From contig OZ037766.1 of the NCBI GenBank assembly GCA_964035545.1, forward strand, positions 14,064,722 to 14,128,721: DNA of 64,000 nt, in the 5' to 3' direction. The notes under the pieces were generated by a model, which did not search any database, had not been told where the DNA came from, and saw only the letters and a program-made list of their open reading frames with translations. Position numbers and translations under genes: made by a program. Numbering within the stretch: position 1 is the first letter of the stretch; each line of letters starts with the position of its first letter. Origin of the DNA: Bugula neritina. Taxonomy: Eukaryota > Animalia > Bryozoa. Positions 12,901 through 24,900 of the stretch are shown here, in pieces.

Positions 12901-15900
12901 ATCGTACTTCGTTCTTCATGTCTGAGCAAGACAGAGCTCAAGGGGCAAAGTCCCAGAATACAAGTTTAGAGCGGGCTGGTTCATTTAGACGCTGTACGAA
13001 GGTACACCAAAGTTATATGCTTGTATAGTTTCCTTTCTCTGTACTTGCATCGTAAACTGTATTGTTTGTTGAATCTCCAGGAAAACATTAGATGGCAATT
13101 TAGCAGTACAACTATTTACACTTGTTTACATGAGCTAGATGCTATATTTGTGACTGTTTAGCTTATACCAGTAGTTGCTTGAACTTTGCTATAGTTTCAT
13201 TTTTATTCTACCTGTGTACTTGTATCTTAAACAGTATTTGTTTGTTAATCTTCAGGAAAAAGTTGTGAAAAAAGTGACGTCTAAAGTTGTTCGAGAAAGG
13301 CCAAGGTCGTTATCCTTGCCCGGTACAGAATGCGAGATGTATGTGGCTAAACTGCCAGCTGGCACTACTCGAGATGACTTTGATCTGCTGAGTCATAAGC
13401 CTTTCCGGGGGCGGCTGCCCTCCTTACCAACTACTAAGGCGGAACTGCGAGAGGCAAAGAATGGTTCGGCTCTTCAGAAATACGTCAAGCCAATCGTGAA
13501 ACGGGAGCCGAAGACAACCGCTCAAAGGAATGGCAGAACGTCTGTTAGAGAGAATGTCAAGCCTACTCGTCCTAGAAACAGTGTTGGAAAACCTCCAATA
13601 GGCAGAGTTAGTAAAACTGATATTTCGGGGGCTGCTACAGCTACTGCAACTGCAAGTGTTAAAAGCCCGGTTTCGAGTCTGATTGATTCACACAATCAGC
13701 ACCCTGGCTCTGCGAACAGGTTTAATCGGCGATCAGCTAGTTTGCGTGTAACTAGCTCAACAGGAAGTAGCGTGAAGGCGGCTGCAGAGAGAGCAAATGC
13801 ACTCGTGGAGTCCCGACGAGTCGCAAGTGTTTCGGTGAATAGAACTGGTAGCAAAGTGGGACAGGCGATTCGGTCAAAGGCTGTGGCAAAAGTCGACAGC
13901 AGACGTAGCTCCACTCATGTGCCGCAGGTAGTCTAATAATATAACATTCAGTAATGCATTTGTTGGAAAATCTATTCCATGTAGGATGCATACATATTAT
14001 GTAAATAAGAGGGACATTCTCTACTTGGAATACAATACATGCTCGAGATTATTATTTATTATTGCTTATTGTTTTCAAATGGTTTTACTTTTGTAAATAC
14101 TTAGTTTTCAAACATTAATTCTTCTAAGCGAAAAGCTTCTAATGCGACTTGCGGAGGCATTAAAGTAATTTTTTATAATGTTTTAATGTGTTTCTCTCGA
14201 TCTCCTTCCAGACTGTTGAAAGTGGCAAGAAGATCAGTGCCATCAGTATTCAAGTGAAATCACCTGTGTCTTCTGAGAGTTGTCTTATTTCTCCCTCTTC
14301 CACTGATACTGCTGGCTCTACTTCAGAAAGACGTGCGGCTGACAGACCCAGAAGGCATAGTGGTCAGTTATAGCTATGATTTCTCTCACCATTACTACTG
14401 TATGTTCGTAAAGTAAGCTTTTGTAACAAAACTAGTTTGTGCTGTTTAATTGCAAACATTCAAACCCTGGCAAACAGATATAAAGTCCTGTAATCTTCCA
14501 TTTCGTTCCCATGATATAAGCTATACCGCCAGAGTTTGTGGTGTTTTGCAGCAAGTACAACCAATAGTAAAGACGTACCTAATTATATGAAGATGACAAC
14601 TTCCAGCATAAAGAAGGACAGACAGTCTCCCGTCTGCTCAATCCTAAGTAACGATGACGCATCAGTAGCCTCCAGCCAATCAAAGCGTCGCCCTAGTAAC
14701 TTGAGGGATGGAGACCTCGGGCACCAGCCATCCTATATGAAGCCTACAAACAGGTATACTGTCTAAATTCCAAATAATTGGACACAATAGATTATATTAA
14801 TCCTTAGTAGTTATTTCCTATTCTATTAAAGAAGACTTTCCGTTTTTTTTTCACTTTTTTAGACCAATAGTGAAAAATAGTGAAAATTTTTGCCATCAGA
14901 GCATATTAGATACAAAATCTTGTTTTTATTATTAACCTCATTAAAAGGGCTTTATACATATTCATTTCCATTTTTTTATGGACATACTTTGATCATGTCT
15001 TTATCCTGATTAAAATAACGAAACTATCATCTATGTAGCTAAGAAATGATGTGCTTATAATTATGTAGAATAAGAAATACTTCTCTTAGGGTGAGGTGAC
15101 TCCTCAATATTTTGAAGGGCTTATATGATATTTATGACAACTCCAAGCTTTACTCTTGTAGTGCTTCATTCATCAAACAGCTGTATTCAAACACATTACG
15201 ACTTTAATTTTCTAAAAAGTTATAATTTTTTTTTTTATTGAAGCAAATTATGTGGCACAATGACTTTTGTAATAGCTCTGTAATACTAATAGTTCCGGTT
15301 AAACAAACTGCATATATTGGGGTTTCTTTAGCTTTGCTCATCGTGTGGAAGCCAAATTGGAGGACCTAACTCCAACAGTTGAAAAGACCAACCACATTCA
15401 AGTAAGATCTAAGCCGATTTCTCAACTTGAGCAAGAAACTGGGGGAGCGCCCTCTTTCATGCGCCCCACAACTAGGTATGCAGTAGTGTTCACAGCTTTC
15501 AGTATCATCTGATGACCATATTATGTACAACATAACCTCCTTTATTGGAAGTTGTCGATTCATTCATATTGTATGCTTACCATGAGTTATCCAGTTTGAA
15601 ACTTTGTAGCTGTTTTTATGTGAGCACGAAACGCCACTCTATCGGATCAATGTAAGATATCTCGGACTGTACCCTTCTATGTTTATCAAGTAGAAATGGC
15701 TGCTTTGCTAGAATAAAGTAGCTTGCTTGATGTAGCAAATTTTCTGCTTGCTATGATGTGGCATATTTCGGTGCGACAAGATTTTTCTGCAGCCTTGCAG
15801 TTTTATTACAGCATATTCTGTTGTATCATGGAAAGTTTAAGATTTACTTTGTCTATCTAACTCAAAAGTTAATGCTATGTAAAAATAGATTCTCCAAATT

Positions 15901-18900
15901 TTAAACTTTTCCACCTTCTTTTTATCAAAGAATCTAATTCTACACTGTATGCATATTTTGTGCTATAATTTGTAAATCTCAGGCTTCTAGTATTGCAAGG
16001 TGCTAGGTGTCATATGACTATATTCGTACTTCTTGGTGTTATTGTGTGTCATTTAATGTTTTAAAAAATGAAGGGAATTGAAAAGAGTCCGAAGTTGTAG
16101 GCTTGGATACTGCTGTAGTGGCATGCTTAGTCAACGGTTATGTGTTTATGTATAGTGAAATCACACCAAACTGAATTAGCTATGCGACTTTAGGACTGTT
16201 AAGTACACTATTAGTTACAGTCACTCAGAATGGGATACTGAAATAATGGGCGTTATATTTACATATATCTGTTAACTGGCTGTTGACACTCTGCTATTTG
16301 CAGCCTCTTCTTTCATATTCTGGCTGAGTGATGGCTAATGGCTGCTTTGATTTCAGATCAGCTTCTGCATATTTTCAAGTTGCTTCTTGTCATTCTCTTT
16401 ATTACTCATTTCTTCCAAGTGTAATTGGTTGTTAAATGTAATGAAATGTGAGTTCATGTAAGCTTCATCGAGCAAGGTTTCCGTTTACTCTTACTTCTCT
16501 TTCTCAACTCTGTTTGATGCCATGTGCAGTACCAAAGCTGGGCACATTTGTTAGATGTTAGATGTTGATAGTTGCTGCTGATTGTCGTGAATATTATAGG
16601 TTGATCAATTTACAGTTTTAATGTGGTAGAGGGAAGCAAAAGTTTTTCTAAAGTGTTTGGAATTTGTATGCTAAATTTGATAGATTTTACTTATCGTCAA
16701 CTACAATAAGTTATGTTGCTGTGTTTCAGTTCTGCTAAGAAGCTGGAGAAAGTTGAGGTTGAAGAGGATAAACCGAGAGTCAAGAACATTGTCTCTCCCG
16801 CACTGCCTGACGGGGAATTACCATCCTATATGAAAGCTACGGAAAGTTATTTCAAGAAAGTGAGTTCTTTAATGGCAAGATTTTAATAAATAATCAATAT
16901 CTATATTGTCTTCTTGCTTACATAAAAATGGAAGTTTCAGGGATATCTCCACCTTGGTCTAAGTGATTATGGTAGTATTCAGTAATATGAAATAATAAAT
17001 AAGAAAAAGTAATTTTTAAAGATGTATAGTTGGAAGTTGTCTTTCCACTTGATGATTTTGAAGTTCTATTTTTTATTTTGATTAGTGCCTGCCTTTAAGG
17101 CTAAAACACACTATCCATGAATATGGCTCTTTAATTAGGCATTCAGTTTACCCATTCAGAGCATACTTGGAAAGATGTAGGGACTAGCAATCAATCTGAA
17201 TAATATATAGAGTGATATTAAATGGAAAATTCTATATGTTTAACTACCCAATCAGTTTAGAATATTTCAGCTCTAATCAAATGTTGCGTTGCAGGAGCAA
17301 AGCTTGAGTAAGTTCTGCAATCAATAGTGTGTGATTCAGTCTCAAACAAGATGTAATATAGCAAACTGAGTCCACAATAAATAGTAAATGCTGTGTTACA
17401 TAATATTATGATATAAGGTTCAGATGTAATAGTTTTATAATATTTTAACATAATGTAAGTATAGCATGCCTTCATCAGTTTAACATGAATTATGACAGTA
17501 CACTGTATGTTGGTATAGGAAAGCACAGAAGTATTTGATGGAAACAGGGTATGTCAAGGTTTCTAGACTTTCTGTAGCACTCCATACTTTATATTCTGAC
17601 CTTTTTATGTGACCCAACTTAATGTGATATACTAGCTGTACGGCCGCACTCTGCTCACTTGACTGATGTCTTGATGTTAACCCGCAGCATGCTCCCTTGC
17701 GCAGTAGGCGTGTATTAGCCAATTATAACCATTTTATTTTTGGAATTTTGACTGTTGACTATCCCTTTAAGTTCTGATGCTCAATGTTTAAAAATCGGAA
17801 ATTTTTTATAACTTATATGCAAGAATGCAGCAAAGAGAACTAAAGAATTCGTTTTAAAAAAATTATCTATATAAGTTACATCAGCCAATAAAAAGTAACT
17901 ATTTACGTTTGGTTATATATATATATGTTGTTAACATTGGAGATGTAAATGTTTTAAGCTAGTACAATAATAGCCTGGGCTCCCCAGGACAAGTCACCCT
18001 TATGCAAAGTGATGTGTTGAGGTTACTGGGTGCCTGCTGCTTTAAATCACTGACAGCATTAAGTATCTTTCAATTTGGTGGTGATGACTGATAGATTCAT
18101 GTGAATAAAGAGAATTAAAATGTTAGTAATGTACCAGCATCTAGCTCAGCCATGACTGACAGACTGCAGTACTTATGCACAATAACCCACTGTTATAGGC
18201 AACTGCTTCTATGTTCCTACTGTAATATCAAATATCATAGCTCTACTTTCATCAATGAACACTTTTGTAAAGGTGGCACATTCACTTTACACCTCTAACC
18301 CTCTCATCTATATGTCACTCTTCTTACTATAGTAGGTTAAATACATGATGCATATTATGTATTGCTGTAATGTAATATGTATGCTATTACATTACATGCA
18401 GATATTATATCCAACAAATAGGTTATTAGGGTTTGTTCGTTTTATGTTAGAGTTATTCTCTCTTGATTATGTTTCACTCCTTTTAAATGTGTTTTGTGTT
18501 ACTTTCATCCAATTTCACTCTATCAATCATAATTATGCTTCTGTTATTTCATATCACTTGATTGTGTTATTACTGCTTGAAATGTCTTTGCAATTTGTGT
18601 AATATTGAAAATTAAAATTTTATACCAACTATTAGCTCATGCTCTTGATGTATTTCTTGTATTTGTTTTCTAATAACCCAGATATTGTAATACTTTCACT
18701 GCAAATACCAAGGAGCTGTGGAACAAAACACAGTCCTGTAGAGTATTCTCTCAATGTTTTATCCTGTGCAATGTTTAGGTGGAACACTTGTTGGAAGACG
18801 AAGTTGAAGAAGCTAGTGCTACTAAAAAGCTATCTGTATCAAAGCCATTGTATGAGAATGAGCTGCCTTCATTCATGAAATCGACAAAAGCATTCGAAGC

Positions 18901-21900
18901 TTTGGTGGCTGTACCTGTGGAGGAACCGCCTGCTGAGCCAAAACCCATAAAGAAGAAGACGGCAAGTGTGGAGCTGATCAATGGAGAGGTACTGTGTGCT
19001 GCTGCTACTACTACTTCCATGTGCCAAAACTAAGCAATAGCAGAGTATTTGTGATCTTGGTGTGTGTTTCATATTGAGCAGTTATAGAATAATTTACATA
19101 AGTAGCTAATATACTAATTCTCCATTTTCATCATGTCTATAGCTTGTTAATGATACTACAAAGTTTTAAACTATTAGGAATACCAAGTGAAATGTGTATT
19201 CATTTTTTTGTATGAAGTATAGTTCACATTTCTTCCTCGCGTATCTCTGCTTTGTCCTGTTCGGGTAGCGCGATCTGTATTTCACATGTTGCAGTCTAAT
19301 CAATTCCAATCTTGCGATATAAAATAAGGTTTGTTGAATATTTGCAGCTACCCTCCTACATGAAGCCCACCAAGAGTTCAGAGCAACACACTGAACCTGA
19401 GAAAATGGACTCGCTCACCGTCGACAAGAAACATAGAAGTAGCTCCACTCTCAAGGGCTCATCTAAACCCTCATCCGCTACTCCTTCTGAAAATGGAGAC
19501 GCTGCACCATTTGGTAAAGCTGTTGAAAGCAGCGACGTTACCGCTGCCTCCCAGTTGGAATCTAGAAAATCGAGCAAATCAGAGAAGCAGAAAGAGAAAC
19601 CTGCAGACGTTGAAAAGAAAATGTTTAGTTTCAGAAAGTCAAAGTTGAGTTCAGGAGACGGGGAGTTGCCCTCCTACATGAAGCCAACGAAGAGCCAGGA
19701 GATCAGGGAACATGTGGTGGCTCACGGAGCTCCAGAGATGTCTTCACTAGAGCTCGCTCTCCAGGGCCCTATGATTGATGATTTCCCTGATCACTCGGCA
19801 ACCGCCAAACCTGCAAAGAAGTTGTCTGTCGGTGGATTTCTCAAGAAGAAGTTTGGTCTTATTAAAGGTATGTGCATTTTTGATGGTCTGCTCTCATTAC
19901 AGTTGTTGAAATTGACCGTTATGAAAACTGTAACTTTTTGTTAACGTGAATGTTTGACACTAGGGATAAAGAATTAATGTTCAAGAAGCTACTGTTTTAA
20001 ATTACATTTACGGCAAGTCTTTCCAAGAACATATTATGTGCTTTCTTCATGAATCTATGTGCTGTTCTGTATACCAGTGTATACAGATGTAAAAAATGTT
20101 GTTTCTCTATGTCTTTGAACATCAAAGCGTCTCAATATCCCAATATGGACAGGCCTTAACAGGGCCTTTCCCCATGATACTTGGCAGATCAAAAATTCCT
20201 ACTTTTACACTACTTGCTGCTTAGTATAAATATGGATGAAAACTACTAGGTCTGTTACATTCACTTGTTGGACTTGCTGCATAACTGATATTATTCTTTT
20301 TGTTATGCATTGAAAGCACCCTCTACTACATGGTAATTGTACATGTCACACACGTTCAGTGCATGTAGGTTAATGTGCATTTCAATAAAAGCTATAGTGG
20401 CACACCTTATTTAGCTATTAGTTATCACTTTATTGTACAATGTTAGGTTACATTGTTAGACAAGATCTGTATTGAATAGCTTCTGTTGCTTAAATTTTTA
20501 CCTGTGTAGTGTTTCACAGGTGTATAACTAGGCTCTGTTTCTTATGGTCTTCTGTGAATAGAATTATTCATTATCTTGCACAAGATCAGAAACTGTGTTA
20601 TACATATAAATTGTTATCAGCAGTAATAATTTAATTTAAGACTACTGTTCACTCTTCTGATATTTCTCCCAGTTAATTAGTCAAGATTCATAAAATATAA
20701 AAAGCTACACGTGCTATTTTACTACTTTTGGAGTTGTTTCTCTTCTCATTCTCCGAATGAAATTCTTAATTTTAGTTTTTTTTCCTTCAAAAGATCAAAA
20801 CTGAGTTCAATGCTTTTGCTAATTTTAAAACAGAATTCTTATATTTACTGGCCTTGCAAGTTTTAACTATAAATTAAATAATACGCAAAATAGTGTAAAT
20901 CAAAGAAGGAGGTACTAAAAAGTGGTAAAGATGAATTTTTATGACACACCAGTTGTATGTCGATAAAAAATGACAGAGCTAGTCATAATAGTATTAATAA
21001 TATTTGTATCATATATATATTTATTTTGAGAAGTTTATGAAGGCAATTAAAGGTAATCAATCCAGCATTACTTGACTTGGAATTATTAATTAGATTCAGC
21101 TATTTAATTATCCTTATTTATTGCACTCTTATCAAAAGTGGCTATAAATATAGTTAGTCTTTTAATCTGTGACAGACTGGCAACTGTCAGATGTTGTCAA
21201 GCTGGTGAAGTTTATATCCATATGATAATATATTGGAAAGTCATATGCGGATAGTTGCCAGAGTTAAGGCCATGCGGTCACCCTAATCATCATTAGTCTA
21301 TTGTAAGGCATTGTGCTAGTACTGCAGGCTAACTACAGCGCTCTGTAACACACTTCTCTATCCGTGAATACAACACACTTCTATTCAAGGAATATTCATT
21401 GATTTTTTTTCTCAGATATAAACTCTATGTCATGTTCACAGCTTGTCATTTCGAGTCTCTATTCAAAAGCATTCGGTAGGTATAAGTTTAAGGTGTGTTA
21501 GCGACACCCTAGTTTTATAGAATGTGTTATTTTTGCTCTGCATGGATTTGGCTGTAGAACTGTGCTCCCTTTTGGAATTATTACTTTTAGATTTTGGTAC
21601 AGTTGCTGTTCTATTTTCCTATAGTTTAACCAAATGTCAACTGCCATTAGATAATCTAGAATGTCTTATTTAGAAGCAAGAACCTAGTTTTCGCATGTAA
21701 GGTTTTCTCCTGTGAGTGTAATTTTGAAATTGCTGCATCTTTGAAGTTTACAAGTATTATGTGTAGCAGTGTTATTGTGTACCACCATGTATAAGTGGGT
21801 CAGTTATTTACCATCTAATTTGTGTGTAAACTTAGTTACATCATACATGATTCACACAATATTTAGCAAACCTACATAATATATTATTAACTTACATTAT

Positions 21901-24900
21901 TACATTGATTACATCAGTAAGCTATCCTGTTTGGGAAATTAAAATATTTATTCGTAAAGTATTAGTTATTTTACGTTTAACATTATACATATAAGATTCA
22001 TGACACTATTTGTAATTATTTTCAGAATATCATTCGACAGCAATATGTTTCTTCTTCTTGCCTCAAACTTTTCTCTACTAAATGTTGTGGTTTAATTATA
22101 TTGAAAATACTTGCAAAACTCTCTGCTACACCTCTAGTTGGTGGAAGAATCACTCACAGATTCTTATTCATTATGAATTGTTATGAACTTGGACAGCCCG
22201 AAGCTGAGTGCCTGTCATTTTATGGTAACATAGTTTATTAGATGGAGCACATTGCGTGATTCATGCTTTTAGTAGTGCTAATAAAATCTCTCAATATAGT
22301 GAAGGCGGGTGGAGCGTCATAACTTCTCTACTGGTAATGTTTTGTAATTTAGAGATATGAGGCAATGCTAGGGCAAGCCAATGATTTGCTACATCGTATT
22401 TATCTAAGTGGCTAGACCTGTTCAAGTATTTACATGATGTTGTTCACTGCCTCGTGTAACATGACTTTGTTGCTCAGTTGACAGTTCGGTTCGTGCTGTA
22501 GGTGGTTCTACTGAGTCCAGCTCAACTGGGATTCTAGGCAAAGGTGCCAGAAGACAAAGCAGCAGCTCTAAACCAACCACTGCAGCAGCAACTGTTAGTA
22601 AACCTTCAGCGAATGAGAAAGCACCAGGGCAGGTAGCTAACGCAGCTAATGCTTCACAGCGAAAAACTACTCAAAGGTTTGTTTATGTCTTTGTATTGAA
22701 TAACTGTTATCAACAGCTGTCTCGGTTTCTGATATATGATCATGTACTCAAGTTATAAACTTGAAGTAGGCCCGCCATAGCTCTAGTGTTCTCAACTACT
22801 ACATGTCCTGCAGTTGCAACTGGACCTTTTTATACTCAGTAGTTTCCCAGTAGTATGTGAACAGTTAAATTTCTCTATAACATTACTCCATTATACTAAT
22901 ACTTTATTAGTCAATGCATTGCCTTATGCTTATGCTGGGGTAGGCACAGTGTTGCAGTCTCTCAATAGCCGAGTTCTAGTGGAAGTTCGTGAGGTAGGTG
23001 TAGTAACGGAGAAATTGAGAAAAGTCTGTGCTCTAGATTAGAAATGTAGCGAAGAAAGTTATGTTCTAACGAGAGTTTCAACCAAGCTAAAATTCATAAA
23101 GAACTTAGACTATTGAAGTTTCTCCACTACTGCACCCAATTAATGACATTGAAGTTGTCTATATGCAGAAATAGAGCAATCATTCTGCAAACTCAAGTGC
23201 CAACCAAGCCTACATTCAGCACCCAAGTGCATCTGCTTACTTGCAGCAGTTCTACAGTTGATATAGCTTGAAATCCTCTACATATATGTAAGGATGTAGT
23301 AGACTACTGACTCTGTAGAGATGAGAATTGGTGTCATATGAATTATACTCTTGTAGCTTATAAGGATGAATTGATTGCTTAGCAGGAGAACCTCCTACGC
23401 AGTTGCTAATATTCTTTGCCCAGATTGCTTCTGGTGCCAATCTATTGGTCACAGGCTCATAATTCACACATATTGATAACCTAATAGACACGGATCACCA
23501 CACTCTGTCACAGTCACTAAACACTCCTATCTGTCTAACTTCAGCTGTGTTCAGTGCTCTTAGCAAAGGTCACTGTTCTATTTTGCAAGATAATGTTGAA
23601 GTTGTGTTGTGGCTTCTCTATAATTAATATTTATGATCATAACTTTTTGTTTGCCATCAGATGATGTTGAAAGAATGGTTATGTACACTTCCTGTAATGA
23701 TTAGATCATGAAATAGTCACCATTACTCTAGCAATGTTCTCTGTTGTCATCTCACAACTAAATTTTGTATGAACAGCCATGACATCACCACTACACCTTG
23801 TGTTGTCTGAAACTCACCAACAAATTTCTGTAACCAGCTGACACCTTGTCATGGTGTCAACCTCTCTCAGTCAACTATAACTTTATCATAATGTGTTTCA
23901 TAAACTAGCCTGTGTTTTCTCTAGGCGGTCAAACTCTATGATAAGTTTACCTGTGACAAGGTAGGCCAAGCTGTGTAGTGAGTGAGACTGAGGGCTGGTG
24001 GACCAAAACTCTCATGCTATTTACGTACTACCTTAACGGCTGCCTAACTTACTATAGTGACTTGTTTGAAACAATCTCTCACTTCGAGAGTGCTTGTCTT
24101 AGTTACATACTAATGTAGTGTAGAAGACTATAATATTCATATATATATTATGCTGACACTGTATAAGAATAGCTCAGTAAATATTATATAATGATGAATA
24201 TATACAGTGTGCCACCAGAATATAAGACGGCTTGCAGCTTCATATTTGACATTTAATGCGTTAAAATAATGTCCAGCTACTGGTCCACTGGGGAATTGTG
24301 CAGTGTATTACACTACATATAATTTTTTATTGTACTACGACCATAATGAATTTTTTGTCAACAGCTAAAATTAAAATTCTAATGTATTTGAGATGGAGTT
24401 GCTGTATTGGTTATTTTAGATATAATGTTATTTTGATAATAATTGGCATTTGTTTAAGTCAAAGCATCATATGTATGCCCTGAATGAATGTCATATCAGT
24501 GACTTTTAATCATACTTTATTATACAAATAGAAATAAATGAAATATGTTTGAATTCTCAGGCTGGTCTTGGGCTGTGCTTAATGCCAAGTTTCTACTGAT
24601 AACTACTCTTGTATGCTGCTACGTTGTAGTCCTTTAGCTGTGCTCAGTATAATCTCTTTCTCACTCTCTAACTCCTTACCATGTAACTGTGTGATATACA
24701 TATATATATTTCAGCTACATAATAGGCAGATTGTAGTTTTCCCTGCCGGTGTACAATTTGTAGACAACCCCTAATCTATAGCATATTCTTCTCCACCACT
24801 GCCCCCACCACCCCCTCAACCACCATTGCAGAGAAAGGTTAATGAGCAGTAAAATCAGAAGTACATAAACTACACTACAAAGTTTTACGAAGCACTCCCC

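Noticed and set aside
17600-17770. CCCTTTAA end resembling a Kolobok/piggyBac-type element terminus (similar at ~45340)
   Set aside because: No matching opposite terminus found.
14575-19700. SYMKA-like repeats as SAPAP/GKAP guanylate-kinase-binding repeats
   Set aside because: They lack the Arg at -3 of the RxxSYxxA motif and have an invariant Pro before the Ser/Asn.
21270-21284. GGTCACCCTA, resembling a MITE/hAT terminal repeat
   Set aside because: No partner TAGGGTGACC end or TSD seen.
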